DNA of 64,000 bases, taken from positions 1-64,000 of the IMG/VR virus record IMGVR_UViG_3300005239_000039. One strand, given 5' to 3'. Shown here piece after piece: positions 12,301 through 22,200 of the stretch (position 1 is its first letter; every line of letters starts with the position of its first letter). The stretch is from a virus (lineage: Duplodnaviria; Caudoviricetes). The translations under genes and the position numbers were made by a program. The notes beneath the pieces are model-generated. The model searched no databases, was not told the origin of the DNA, and saw nothing but the letters and a program-made list of their open reading frames with translations.

Positions 12301-15300
12301 TATGAACCTGGATCAACTATTATTGGAATTAATTCAGAATCAATTACTATTGGATCTACAACTGCTGGTGGTGGTGGTGTGATTGGTGATATTAGAAGTG
12401 GATCAAATGTTGTTTCTTCAGCAAGCACCAATTTAGGCATCTCTGTTGGTGATGAATTCTTTGGACCTGGTGTTGCATCTAGTGCTACGATTGTAAGTAT
12501 TGGCAACACATTCAGATTCTTCCTTGGAGATTCTGATGGAACTAAAGTTATTACAGGAATTGCAAATACCACAGTCATTGCTATTGGTGACACGATTCGT
12601 GAACTTGTTACAGAAACTGGATTTGGAACTGTTACTGCTATTGGTGTACAACAACTTACTGTTGCAAATAATGTTCCAGTTGGTGTTGGCAGCACATACT
12701 ATTCTGAGAGACTTGGTATTGGTATTACAATGTCCGCTGTGGCTACAGCAACTACGAGCAGACAGTCTTACTTCTCTGGATTCACCACAAATATTTTACC
12801 AGAGGATCTATTCGTAATTAGAATTGATAATAATAACATTAAACTTGCTAGTAAGAAAGACTTTGCTCTGAAAGGTCTTGGAATTACACCAACAGGTATC
12901 GGTGCAGGTAATAATCACCTAATTGATACTACCAAAAAACTTGAAAAATCATTGATTGTTCTTGACGGTGTTGTTCAAGATCCTATTTCTAGAACACTAG
13001 TGACACATGAGACTATTGAATCAGTTGCTGTTGGTAGAACATTTATCGCATTATCTGGTATCTCAACTCTTGTTCCCGATTACATTTTAAAAATTGGTGA
13101 TGAGATGATGAACATTTTGAATGTTGGACTTGGTACAACAGGACTTGGCCCAATTACTGGTATTGGTACTTTCCAACTTGTAAATGTTGCTAGAGGATTT
13201 GTTGGAACAACAGAAGTTGCTCACGAAAGCAATCAAACAGCAATTGTCCACAGAGGGGCATTTAATATTGTAGAAAGTGATATTTACTTTGTTGATACAC
13301 CTAAAGGTTCTGGTGGTGAGTTTATTACCGATGATAGAGGACTATCATTTACTAGATCCGAATTTAATGGGCGTGTTTATCTAAGAAATGATTACACTAC
13401 GAATGAACTTTATGATGATATTTCAACTGAATTCACTGGTATTGGTAGAACATTTGCACTAAGTGTTAATGGTGGAAATTATCCTGTTGGTCTAGATACT
13501 TCTAGTGGAAGTGGATTACTCTTTATCAACGGTGTTCATCAGGGACAGTCAACTGATAACAACCCTCTAAATGTATATTCAATCTTAGCTAACGAAGATG
13601 ATGTAGAAGTATTATTCAGTGGAACTAAACTGATAACTGGTGAACAGTACATTAGCGAACTTGATGCTATTAAAAATCAATTACCAGTTGGTGGTTCAAT
13701 TATTGCTATTGGATCTTCTGGTGGAATTGGAGTAGCACCTCTAGTTGGAGCTAAAGTCATTGCTGAGGTTGGTGCTGGTGGTAGTATTACTAATATTATT
13801 GGTATTGATACTGTAGGAACTTATACAACGATTACTGATTTTATCTATGATGGAATAAGTGGTATTGGAACAGTAACTACTGCATCTGCTCATGGATTTA
13901 CTAGTAATGATTTCGTTGATATGAGAAACATTCAGTTTGAATGTACTAGTGGTTATGACAGTCTAGTTGGCGTTTCTACTGTTGATTATGATAATGTATC
14001 TGGAATCATGACTGTAACAACATCTGGCAATCATAACCTGAATAAGGATATGAGAGTTCAGTTTGATGGTTTACAGATGATCTGCCCTGCAGGATCTTAT
14101 AATAAGAGAGTTGGTGTTACTACATTTGAATATAATAATGTTGTTGGTATCATGACAATTACCACCGATCTTGTTCATGGATTGAATCCTGGTATGCAAG
14201 TCAAACTTGAAAGATTTGAGTTTGCTTGTGCCGCTCCTCATGCTGGTGTCACTACAACATTCTTCCCAGATGGAACAAATGGTAGAGTCTTTAATGTCAT
14301 AACCAAGAGAAATAGCACAACTCAATTTGAAACCCAAGTTGGCGTTTCCACTATCCCTCATATTCCAACTGGAACAAGTGAGGCTGCAGTAGAAATTGGT
14401 GTTACTACTGATAGGTTCCCAAGTGATATTGGTACTCAGTGGGGTATTAGTGGATTTGATTACACCGAGTCTATCGGTGTTGGTACTATCACTACAAAGG
14501 GAACTCATGGAATTGGAATTGGATCTTTTGTCAGATTGGCAAATCTCGAATTCTCATGTGCTTCTGAGCACTCTGGAGTCACTACAACTATCTTCCCAGA
14601 TACTGTAATTGATGAATTTGAAGTTACTGCAACTTCAGCAACAACACTAACAGTTAATGTCGGACCATCAACAATTGCTCACACATATACTAATAATAGT
14701 GGACATTTAAATCGCGTAACATACGCTGATAGTTATTTGGTCAATTCAATTGTTGGCCTAACAACATTCGTCACTAATGTAAATCCTGTCGGTTTTGCAC
14801 ATACTTACGTTGGTGGTGGTACTGTTGATACTGGATTTACCACCACTAGATTCCCAGATAATAGGGGAATTCCTTTTGCAATTGATAATTTTGAATATGA
14901 TAAGACCACAGGTTTCTCAACTATTACTACTAAGAAAAATTACAGCGGTCTTGCTGTTGGAGATGTAATTAATCTATCTGGAATTGCACTAACGTGTGGC
15001 TCGGCTCACAGTGGTGTTACCACAACTATTTTCCCAGATGGAACTCAAGGATTTGAATTTAAAATCTTTGGTCTTCCTGCTGCTAATAAAATTATCACTA
15101 ATGTAGGAGTTTCAACAATTGATCACAACTATGATGATCATGGAATTGTGTTTGGTGTTAAATCAGTTGGACCATACGAAATCGATACTATAGTATCACC
15201 TACCGAATTTATAGTTGATGTATTTAAAGTTGGATTTGCACACACATTTGTTCCAAATAGAAGAAAAGGTGGTGTAGATCCTGAGGCTGCAAAATACAAT

Positions 15301-17634
15301 TACTTGACATTCGGTTCTGGTTACTTCAATACAGTAGATGTTGTAGTTGAAGAGGAAGGTCATTCTGGCGCTGCTGCGACAGTTACAGCAATAATTCCAA
15401 ATAACGAGCATAGATTCGTCTCTGCTTCTGCTAATGGCGTTACTAGAAGTATTGGTGGAACACTAACAGTAAGTGATTCAGATTATGATCCTGTAACTGG
15501 AATCCTTACAATAACATTTACTGGATCACATGGATTGACCGCAAGTTCAAATTCAATTCAAATTGCAGATGGCTCAATAGTATTCACATGTGCTCAAGAC
15601 AGTCATCAAACCGTACATCCATATCCACGTTCTACAGATCCAGCATCTGGAGTAGCTCTTACAGTTCTTACCACACCAACTGCAACCAAGATTACTGTTA
15701 ACGTTGGAACTTCATCAAATTCAACAGGCGGTATTCTAGAATTTGCAATTGCAGGTGGGGGATCTGGATATACTAATCCAACAATTCAAGTTCAAACACC
15801 ATCATACTCTGATCTTCCAATTGAAGGTGTTAGTAGAAGTGGTCTTGGTAATACAACAGAAACTGGATTAGGTTTAAACGTTGATTGTGTAGTTGGATCT
15901 GGTGCTACTGCTGGGGTCGGAACAGATCTCTTTGGTATTGTTAATTATCAATTATCCAGTCCTGGATTCTCCTTCAAAAGAGGTGATATCTTTACTCCAG
16001 TTGGACTTGTTACTGCAGCAGGAATAATAACTGAATATTCACAATTCAATTTGGAAGTTATTGAAATTATTAGTGACACGTTCTCTTCATGGAACTTTGG
16101 ACAAATTGATTATATTGACTCAATTCAAAGTCTTCAAGATGGATCTAGAACTAGATTCCCACTTAACTTGAATGGAATCCCCCTAAGTTTCCAAACAGAT
16201 CCTACAAATCAAAGATCAGCTGAGATTGACTTGGATTCTGTTCTCCTGATCTTCGTCAATGGTGTTGTTCAGGTGCCCAAAAAAGATTACTTCTTTGAAG
16301 GTGGTACAAGTTTCAACTTCAACTTTACCTCACCACCATTGCCATTTGATGTAATTTCAATCTATTTCTATAGAGGAACTAGAGGAACTGATAGCTTCAT
16401 CGTTACAGTATTTGAAACTGTAAAACCTGGAGATCAAGTTGGACTTAAGAAGTTTGATGGAACCGACACTATCACTCAGAATGAAAGAACAATCTTCTCT
16501 ATTAAGGACTCTACAGATATTGAAACAAATGTCTATAGAGATCAAGGTATTGAGCCAAACGTCTTCAGACCAATCTCCTTTACCAGGCAGAAGAAAGATA
16601 TTATCATCTCTGAACAAATTCAACCAAAAATCAGAGAAACACTTGAAGCACAAGTCATGCCAACGAGTAAAATCATTGGAGACCTTGGTTTAAGTGGATC
16701 TGAAATATTCCTTGAGAGTTCAGATCTCTTCAGATATGAGCAAGATGAAGGAAACACTGGTCTAGTTGTTGCAGATGGTCTTATTGTTAAATATAACGAT
16801 CCCGTTGCGGCCGCAGTTACAGCATCAGTATCAGTTGGTGGAACAATTACATCATTAACTATTGCAAGTGCTGGTTCTGGATATGCTGATGGACCTGTCG
16901 AAGTTTCTATTGCAAATCCTTCAAAAGTTGACAATCCAAAATATGGAATTATTGGAATTGGAACTACTGCAATTGCAACTGGCAGTGCATCAGGTGGCAT
17001 ATTAACTTCAGTAACACTCACTAATGAGGGATTAGGTTATGATCCTACTAATCCACCAAAAGCAATTGTAGAATTCCCTGCTTCTGAAACTGAATCTGTT
17101 GTTGGTGCAGATGTCATTCTTGGTTATGCGGGTATTATTACTGGAATCGGTACAACAACTGGAACTGGTAGTCATCCTCTTGCAATTAAACTTCAAGTGG
17201 ATTTGAGTGATTCTGGTCCTGTATCTTTACTACCAACTTTACTAGAAGGTTATCCAATTTTTGTTAAGAATACTGTTACTGGATCTGGAGTTACATCAGT
17301 TAATGCGGATGATTCGGCTATAGTTGGAATCGGAACAACTGTCCTAGATAACATCTATACAGTAAACGCATTTAACATTGAAGGTAATACAGGTATTATT
17401 ACTTGCAATATTAAATCTGACACAAACACTATAGGAATTGCAACGACAACTGGTACAAATATTGGTGAATTCTCTTGGGGTAAACTCTCTGGATTTACTA
17501 GAGGAACTATTCCAATTTCAATTTCCGTAAGCGGAAATACTGTTGATGTTGGACTAACCACTTTCCCTTCAATATCAAGACGTGGATTGGGACTTAGAAA
17601 CACTGGTAGTCTAAGTAAAATTATCTTCCTATAA
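3352..17634 (+). CDS. gp7: Giant baseplate wedge initiator, gp7-like virion protein (4760 aa)
   Basis: Lies between gp6 and gp8; N-terminal SQLPSYV/FLKQYY and KSFYQSKGT motifs; Gly/Thr/Ser-rich repetitive C-terminal half. Confidence 0.75.
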   Translation: MIETGFDTRVKVNQIIESQLPSYVSVETPKAIDFLKQYYKSQDSQGSPADLIDNLDQYLKFDNITPEVVSGITTLTSDVSSSDTVVNVLSTKGYPNRDGIFKINDEIIYYSGITTNSFTGCIRGFSGISEYNDGEVVFNSTTAKDHTIGIGVTNLSTLFLREYFRNLKVLYAPGFEDESFDSDVDVNNLVKNLKSFYQSKGTSESINTLISILFGQNSKVKKQSESLFEPSEASFRKRLVLLTEKVDGGDPSKLSGQTLFQDNNSNNPNINGASAPISEVEATVRGGVTYYTIYLFQRYQEPSPGFDGNFSITPSSKTIGDTLIGDNVILVDSTIGFPKSGVLRNGSDEITYTDKTINQFLSCSGIDSNIAPVTSIRTNDVVYGYTSDTNEKVELRLTGVITEFDPQEDIYNSNIGEVFGTKSIGAKILNPPSNKTYEEISFNSWKYNTASSIKVKSFNSSVFVLERSLDDAYLRDGDNVEVVNRANLDVVVGLTTASITGDKQVVLSGGNISDLVQGISYDIRRQIKKASSTGIELSYGNNTLVSNVLNTYISKDRSNLYVSSNSLPDYSIDLNQVQVSIAQASTSSGTIEDQDSLGTYNNISFSDTVPFITGDEIVYSAGTATGPIKGLEFGRSYFVEVQSPNNKIKLYVARSFISSGTNIKLNVPDDGNIGSHFFSLAEQVDKKISPQKVLKKFPLIRSLDTGSETSTIAGATGILENGVEITNYKIDDKIFFGPIEKINVFNSGSDYDVVNPPKCVISDSDNSGNTALANVALTGTLKDILIDPQDFDIDRVINISVSGGNGFGALVEPIVIDRFREVGFNGKNASDGGGVAVYGDFIRTINNHNLGNGQEIVYDPNGNGSLGVTGFGETNVTGNFLETGGKYFSEIIDPVSFRLYENESDFNSGINTVGFSTGNITSGLHKFRTAKSTKQLTGVNVLDGGFGYENRQVAIQTTGISTSNNSFTFKNHGYSTGELITYSSTGDAIPDLSISNQYYVIKVDDNNFRISDAGIAGTSSINFDRGLTEKITGIGTGLHVFNYPAITVDVSVSIANTVGVITATPIVLGSIKDALLYDSGTSYGSKVLNFHNRPTVSIDTGSGAEFRAVIADKKIIDILVTQPGNNYFSPPNISVVSESGSGCVARAVTNASGQVIDVVVIASGNNYVASNTNIKPVSRGDRAVLSSSIRSLTLNSRARFKDYNGEAIIDKGENGLQYAVVGYSPKLQTDFQDTDNTKHSPLIGWAYDGNPIYGCFGYTDSNDETSAIKLIESGYVTNISNVFNRPSGFESGLFVEDYLFTDAGDLDKHNGKFTKTPEFPNGTYAYFATLELDPLTGDLTSIFPYFVGDSYRSNVIEENLAGSSVTLTQDFDFIGNELIRNTFPYNVAEVGADYNFFTQPYNFDDQRVVIKSRSTGGLDGISIVNKGINYKVGDNIVFDNSETTGGGISAQVSEVTGDNIVSITKEFLTYDKFIFETINGNQVTGFISTYHDLEPENIIKISGLSTYVANLSGDVTIGVPFDDFSLTDNVAAEAVGGMTTDLPISNIPEFLRPNSEIEINDETLTVLNVYKPLNIAGRFNNILRAVRGTSGSGHTVGAAITVKSSQITFSFNGPTLDSKVNDIVYFNPIEAVGFGTTLGIAIDTDYAIGGITTDRSIPTYSIYLEDHPFTDNQPIKIVKPASGNAISVSTVGAAYTFTLPLTGNEQLVYAVNKGPNIIGIKTSLDTAEINFRSCDTNDYQYQITSAYKQVTGKVERLSARVSTASSHGLQKNDKVSFTVKPNLTVGAGTSTAIRVVFDEFTQNTVIDPIGFSSSSVGLSSSKFIIPSHGLVTGDLVFYDANETTGIDTGKYFVFSDDPDLFSFAETKIDLQGQNIRLVTFTKVGGTSHTISKVNPQIKVTRNNNIKFDVSDSSLSGYNFKIFYDSDYRNELIGTGSSEAFEITGIGTVGMGTASVTIQFNEYLPEQLYYNLEKTSNNTLVESDISVDNFSRILYIDSEYSKNTTVVGLGTVVTTFLVNLPEKPEKDSYTSSDVDKLEYSTKSTTAIGGISKLNILSKGTNYDKLPGISTITSELGVNAEIVPKSTNIGLLDRTAVEKPGFDFPVDKTLKPVADIPAIHELTNYFTTGNVSPVYGGRNFITPPNLVLVNSSNNTLVDEVVLIAELDAGSIDKVVVVNSGSGLQGVGHSVYSLINDNGLSITKIDSVQTGIMTLTVVTPVLGFSTSPLQAGDEVFVDGIQEYTGEGDGFNSKDYGFRFFEVTAFNSGINPAEVTINLSGIGTGSPGVGVTNVNFGSIVKKESYPTFSVEILETNFIENEPILLVNQAGNLTKTTLTVDSSDKSTLKTRGDLEVNIGDVLLGSVSGVRGTVVESKSFDGFYNVGYGSTINFGWLTNKGVLNDDTQVISDNNYYQKLAYSIKSPVKFEDLIGPVNRLAHISGTKNFADTEITSVAVASTNFIDDGTQSIVIDLFSESDVTTNNFFDFAVDTDVEQSVTNFSQLSTNSIKFGTKKLTNFIECLTNRVLSIDDISGSFIDRENLVGNFKDIINYPSGTGYSRFTIVVTDVVDQTSFQIYDLIIISDGNNNTFLLEKANVKSNAQQQVDLENEKESLGEFTVEFIQLNGTIALRFTPSNQAKTYDIKAFRQLFDSRSTGIGTNIIGDTNIIGLTTVIGAGSTDQIIGLASSEFNSIFAYVEVTDNTTSEREYAEITVLHDGVNAYLGQYGFDSSERLLSFSPIGTFGANIVNDVLKLEFHNDGTNTATIKANVVGFTTTNVGLRSEHFKLSTQENGTERTARIESNVIQETANAGYGITVVGITSIIDRFAKSVIRVSSGNTESLSQVLFAQEFAQQDTFVLEYPQLGINTAIGLGTFSAQYNGDFCELIFLPDTKYIGDEIRIEEFSEIVYSDLDTNLNQIPEFGFGTAIEVVVQAKYTPEDRTNFTLEYEGYPIFARRFNPANTSVFNQTTGNIFLENHFMNNGQDIKYEPGSTIIGINSESITIGSTTAGGGGVIGDIRSGSNVVSSASTNLGISVGDEFFGPGVASSATIVSIGNTFRFFLGDSDGTKVITGIANTTVIAIGDTIRELVTETGFGTVTAIGVQQLTVANNVPVGVGSTYYSERLGIGITMSAVATATTSRQSYFSGFTTNILPEDLFVIRIDNNNIKLASKKDFALKGLGITPTGIGAGNNHLIDTTKKLEKSLIVLDGVVQDPISRTLVTHETIESVAVGRTFIALSGISTLVPDYILKIGDEMMNILNVGLGTTGLGPITGIGTFQLVNVARGFVGTTEVAHESNQTAIVHRGAFNIVESDIYFVDTPKGSGGEFITDDRGLSFTRSEFNGRVYLRNDYTTNELYDDISTEFTGIGRTFALSVNGGNYPVGLDTSSGSGLLFINGVHQGQSTDNNPLNVYSILANEDDVEVLFSGTKLITGEQYISELDAIKNQLPVGGSIIAIGSSGGIGVAPLVGAKVIAEVGAGGSITNIIGIDTVGTYTTITDFIYDGISGIGTVTTASAHGFTSNDFVDMRNIQFECTSGYDSLVGVSTVDYDNVSGIMTVTTSGNHNLNKDMRVQFDGLQMICPAGSYNKRVGVTTFEYNNVVGIMTITTDLVHGLNPGMQVKLERFEFACAAPHAGVTTTFFPDGTNGRVFNVITKRNSTTQFETQVGVSTIPHIPTGTSEAAVEIGVTTDRFPSDIGTQWGISGFDYTESIGVGTITTKGTHGIGIGSFVRLANLEFSCASEHSGVTTTIFPDTVIDEFEVTATSATTLTVNVGPSTIAHTYTNNSGHLNRVTYADSYLVNSIVGLTTFVTNVNPVGFAHTYVGGGTVDTGFTTTRFPDNRGIPFAIDNFEYDKTTGFSTITTKKNYSGLAVGDVINLSGIALTCGSAHSGVTTTIFPDGTQGFEFKIFGLPAANKIITNVGVSTIDHNYDDHGIVFGVKSVGPYEIDTIVSPTEFIVDVFKVGFAHTFVPNRRKGGVDPEAAKYNYLTFGSGYFNTVDVVVEEEGHSGAAATVTAIIPNNEHRFVSASANGVTRSIGGTLTVSDSDYDPVTGILTITFTGSHGLTASSNSIQIADGSIVFTCAQDSHQTVHPYPRSTDPASGVALTVLTTPTATKITVNVGTSSNSTGGILEFAIAGGGSGYTNPTIQVQTPSYSDLPIEGVSRSGLGNTTETGLGLNVDCVVGSGATAGVGTDLFGIVNYQLSSPGFSFKRGDIFTPVGLVTAAGIITEYSQFNLEVIEIISDTFSSWNFGQIDYIDSIQSLQDGSRTRFPLNLNGIPLSFQTDPTNQRSAEIDLDSVLLIFVNGVVQVPKKDYFFEGGTSFNFNFTSPPLPFDVISIYFYRGTRGTDSFIVTVFETVKPGDQVGLKKFDGTDTITQNERTIFSIKDSTDIETNVYRDQGIEPNVFRPISFTRQKKDIIISEQIQPKIRETLEAQVMPTSKIIGDLGLSGSEIFLESSDLFRYEQDEGNTGLVVADGLIVKYNDPVAAAVTASVSVGGTITSLTIASAGSGYADGPVEVSIANPSKVDNPKYGIIGIGTTAIATGSASGGILTSVTLTNEGLGYDPTNPPKAIVEFPASETESVVGADVILGYAGIITGIGTTTGTGSHPLAIKLQVDLSDSGPVSLLPTLLEGYPIFVKNTVTGSGVTSVNADDSAIVGIGTTVLDNIYTVNAFNIEGNTGIITCNIKSDTNTIGIATTTGTNIGEFSWGKLSGFTRGTIPISISVSGNTVDVGLTTFPSISRRGLGLRNTGSLSKIIFL

Positions 17635-17641
17635 CTCAACG

Positions 17642-17649
17642 TATAAATA
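17642..17649 (+). promoter_or_regulatory. T4-type late promoter TATAAATA
   Basis: Exact consensus in the gp7-gp8 intergenic region. Confidence 0.8.
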
Positions 17650-17675
17650 AAAAAAATTCCTTTTAACAGGTAGTA

Positions 17676-19238
17676 ATGGCGGCTATTGTAACGGATCAGT
17701 TTAGAATCTTAAATGTCAATAATTTTATTGATTCCGTTGAGAATTCTAATAATTCATATTATATCTTTACATCTCTACCAAATCCAACTTTACTTGTTGG
17801 GTATGGTAGAACATCTGATTGGAATACCAACACTGCTGGTCCTCCTAGTCCAATTGATAATTTTAATTACAGCAATCATGCTTATGATACGATGCTGTTT
17901 GGTAGAAAAATTACTCCTGCCAATATTCGTAGAGTTATTAGAAGAGTTGATTGGGAACAAGGTAATGTATATGAACAATATCGTCATGACTATAGTGTAA
18001 ATAATCTAACACCAACAACGGGATCAACCAGACTTTATGATGCAAGATATTATGTAATGAATTCTGATTTCAGAGTTTATATTTGTATTGAAAATGGAGC
18101 AGTGCCTTCAAATCCCTCTGGAAATTCATCCCAAGATGAACCAAATTTCACAGATCTAGAACCAACTAGGGCTGGTAATAGTGGTGACGGTTATGTTTGG
18201 AAGTATCTGTTTACAGTTGCCCCAGCAGATATTATTAAATTTGACTCAACTGAATATATTACTTTGCCACCAAATTGGTTAACTAGCATTGATCCACAAA
18301 TTTCAGTTATTCGTGATAATGGTGATTCTGAAATAAATAACAATCAGTTAAAAACAGTTTCAATTAAGAATGCTGGATTTGGTTATGGTCTAGGTCTTGA
18401 TGTTGAACTAGATGTTCTTGGTGATGGAGTTGGAGGAAAAGTTGTTGTTTCCACTGATACTAGTGGAAGAATAACTAATGCTCAAATATCTGCTGGTGGT
18501 AAGGGATATAGTTACGGTGTTATTGATCTTGGTCCTATTCAAAGTGGTAGTTTAACTGAATTTGCTGAATTAATTCCAATTATTCCACCATCTAAAGGTC
18601 ATGGATATGACATATATAAAGAACTTGGATCAGAAAAAGTTTTAGTTTACTCACGTTTTGATGATTCAACTAAAAACTTTCCAACAGATACTCAATTTGC
18701 ACAAGTTGGTATTGTAAAAAATCCAACATCTCTTGGATCTACATCTAATTTTTCTTCTAATGACTTTAGTGCAACAGGTCAAATTAAAGTTGTAAATCCA
18801 TCTGGCAGTTTAGTTGTTGGTAATACGATTAAGCAAATTGTAGGAACCACAACAGCTGTTGCATACGTTGCATCTTTTGATGAAGAAACAAATATAGTTA
18901 AATATATTCAAGATAGAACACTTTACTTTAATAAGACCACTGGGACACAACGCGATTATATTGGTGTTACTTCTGAATCAAAATATGCTAATTTTGAATC
19001 ATCTGCAGAATCTATCACAACAGATGGTGGATTCTCAGCATCTGTTGACACCTCATTTACTGGAATTACAACAATCATTGGTAACAACGTTATCAATCTA
19101 GGAGTTAATTTTACAGATGGAATCGCAGACTCTCAGATAAATAAGAGGTCAGGTGAAATAATATATCTAGATAATAGGCCAACAATTGCGAGAAACTCTC
19201 GTCAAAAAGAAGACATTAAAGTAGTACTGGAATTCTGA
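17676..19238 (+). CDS. gp8: Baseplate wedge subunit gp8
   Basis: MAAIVTDQFR N-terminus, YYVMNSDFRVYICIEN and DGYVWKYLFT motifs. Confidence 0.9.
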   Translation: MAAIVTDQFRILNVNNFIDSVENSNNSYYIFTSLPNPTLLVGYGRTSDWNTNTAGPPSPIDNFNYSNHAYDTMLFGRKITPANIRRVIRRVDWEQGNVYEQYRHDYSVNNLTPTTGSTRLYDARYYVMNSDFRVYICIENGAVPSNPSGNSSQDEPNFTDLEPTRAGNSGDGYVWKYLFTVAPADIIKFDSTEYITLPPNWLTSIDPQISVIRDNGDSEINNNQLKTVSIKNAGFGYGLGLDVELDVLGDGVGGKVVVSTDTSGRITNAQISAGGKGYSYGVIDLGPIQSGSLTEFAELIPIIPPSKGHGYDIYKELGSEKVLVYSRFDDSTKNFPTDTQFAQVGIVKNPTSLGSTSNFSSNDFSATGQIKVVNPSGSLVVGNTIKQIVGTTTAVAYVASFDEETNIVKYIQDRTLYFNKTTGTQRDYIGVTSESKYANFESSAESITTDGGFSASVDTSFTGITTIIGNNVINLGVNFTDGIADSQINKRSGEIIYLDNRPTIARNSRQKEDIKVVLEF

Positions 19239-19242
19239 AACA

Positions 19243-22200
19243 ATGGCACAAAAGACAAATCTAAACACAACCCCATATTTTGACGATTTTAACGAAAACG
19301 ATAATTTCTATAAGGTTCTGTTTAAGCCAGGGTTTCCAGTTCAGGCCCGAGAGTTAAATAATGCACAGTCTATTCTCCAAAATCAAATTGAACAATTTGG
19401 AGATCATTTTTTCAAGGATGGTTCTGTTGTAATTCCTGGTGGACTTACATACGATAGTGAATATTATGCGATAAAGATTAATCCAGAATATCTTGGTGTT
19501 TCAGTTTCAACATATGCTAAAAGTTTTATTGGCACGGAAATTTTAGGACAAACTTCTAGAGTAACTGCATCTGTTGTAAATGTACTATTTGAAGAAGACT
19601 CAATCGATAATCAACTGACATTATATGTCAAATATTTAAACTCTAGTGAAGATGGTGCTTTCTCAACATTTTCTGAAAGTGAACTCCTTCTTGGAGAAGA
19701 GGATGTAACTTATGGAAATACAACTATTTCCCAGGGAGCTCCCTTTGCTCAGGTTGTTGCACAAGATGCAGCTTCTATTGGATCGGCAATTTCTATCGCT
19801 GATGGTGTTTATTTTATTCGTGGATTCTTTGTAAACGTATCTGCACAAACTATTTTACTAGATCAATATACCAACACTCCAACATATAGAGTTGGTTTAG
19901 AAATTATTGAAACAACTGTAAATTCAAATGAGAATACAAAACTATTTGACAATGCCGCTGGATTTAATAATTTCTCAGCTCCTGGAGCAGATAGATTCAA
20001 GTTTGAATTACAACTTTCTAAAAAATTATTAACTGATACAGATGACAAATCATTTGTAGAACTTTTAAGACTTGATGGTGGTGAACCCGATCAAGCAGAA
20101 CCAAAAACTCAATATAATAAAATTAGAGATTATCTCGCAAAAAGAACGTATGAGGAATCTGGTGATTACGTTGTAGTCCCTATGGACCTCACTATGGATG
20201 AGTGTCTAAACGATGAACAGGGTAATGATGGCGTCTATGAGCGTACTCAAACCACTAGAGATGGGAATATACCCTCAGACGATTTAATGTGCCTTACAGT
20301 AGGTCCTGGTAAGGCATATGTAAGTGGATATGACATTGATATAACTGGATCAAGAGTTATTGATATTCCCAAACCAAGAGCGACTAAGAAAGTTGATGAT
20401 TCTTTAGTTTCATTTGATCTTGGTTCAATTCTATTAGTAGAAAATGTACATGGTACACCAGTAATCGGTCTTGATAAGGATTCCACTCATGTAATTGATC
20501 TTTATGATCAAAGAAGAAATAGTACTACTGCTGGTACTGGTGAAAAAGTTGGTGAAGCTAGATTATATTCTTTTGCTCCAAGAAATTCATATTCCAATAA
20601 TAATAGTAATTGGGAACTAAGATTATATGATATTCAGACTTACACTGAATTGACTCTGAATGAGGTATATCAATACTCTAAAGGTACTTATTTCAAAGGA
20701 AATAGTAGTGGTGCTAGTGGATATGCTGCTGAAGCTTGGTCAAGTGGTGATAAAGTAAAACTTCATCAAACTTCTGGAACTTTTGCTGAAGGTGAAACTA
20801 TCAGTATTGATGGTACAAATGAATTTCCAAGAACTATCAAAGATATAATAGTTTATGATATTAATTCAGTAAAATCTGTATATCAGGACGCATCAACTCT
20901 TGGTTTAACTGCTGATTTTGTTGCAGATACACTTCAGAGAGGTAGAGTCGCTCCTAGATTTACTAGAAGGGATACTATTCAAGTTTCTGCTGCAGGAACT
21001 GTAACTTCTCCAGGTAATAAGTTTACTGGAATTGCAACTAATTCAATTATTAGATATCAAAATCCAGAATATGATAGAGTTGTATTCAACCGTGTAAGTG
21101 CAGTTGCTGCTGATGGAAATTCAATGACAGTTGTGGCCGTACCAACGGTCGCTGGTGTTGTTACTGGAACTCTACCATCTAGCACAATTGAAACTGGATT
21201 TAGAATTGGCGAGACAAGATTTGATCAAGGTGATAATGGGGGATCATTATTTTTACCATTAGATCAGGTAAATATTGCATCCGTTGATATTTCTAAATCA
21301 AATCTTACAATTTATGAGCAAATACTTGCACAATCAACAAATACCTTAGGTGAAATGTCCATCAACATTAGTAATGTTGGTGTAACAAGTTCATTTTTTG
21401 ATGCCTTTGATGGTGAAAGATATGTAATAACATATTCAGATGGATCTACCGAAAACCTGAGATCTGAACAGGTTACAATTAATAATGATGGAACTATTGT
21501 CTCTTTTACAGGTCTAAACAAAAGTGAAAGTAATGTTACTGTTCTGGTAACAGCTAAAAAGAAAGGATTGCAATCAAAATTAAAAGAGTGGACAAGAAGT
21601 ACAAAACTAACTGTAGACAAGTCTAAATTAAGGAGTTCTGGAATCACTACAGGAACAGTGAATGGAATGACCCATAACGCTTTCTATGGACTTAGAGTTG
21701 AAGACGAAGAAATTTCACTGAATTATCCCGATGTTGCTCAAATTCTTGCTGTATATGAATCAAAAACATCAGTAGCTCCAACATTAGATGCATTGACATT
21801 TGAAACTGGACTTGGATTGGACACCAACTCAATTGTTGGAGAATATCTTCTTGGACCCAATAATACTGCTGTAGCACAAATAATTACAAGAGTATCACCA
21901 ATTAAAGTTGAAGTTGTATATCTGAATGATGAGAGATTCTCTGTGGGCGAAACTCTCACATTTCAAGAATCTAGAATTGAAGCAACTATTCAGTCAGTCC
22001 TTGATGGTAGGTATGTAGATCTAACTGAGCAATATGTTCTTGATGATGGTCAAAGACCAGATTTCTCTGATTATTCAAGATTGGTTAGAGTTGAAAATAA
22101 AGTTCCAACAAAACAATTGTTAGTTATTTTCAATCATTATACTATCCCAGATAGTGATGATGGTGATGCTTTTACTGTATTATCTTACGGTGCAGATAGA

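Noticed and set aside
12270-12817. Overlapping antisense and alternate-frame ORFs inside gp7 (also 14071..14508, 16620..17021, 23757..24272, 38587..38940, 56415..56894)
   Set aside because: Shadow ORFs expected from stop-poor Gly/Thr/Val codon usage; no ribosome-binding site, promoter or protein motifs.
13820-15710. Diversity-generating retroelement TR/VR pair
   Set aside because: Repeats are diverged at all codon positions rather than only at adenines, and there is no reverse transcriptase in the window.
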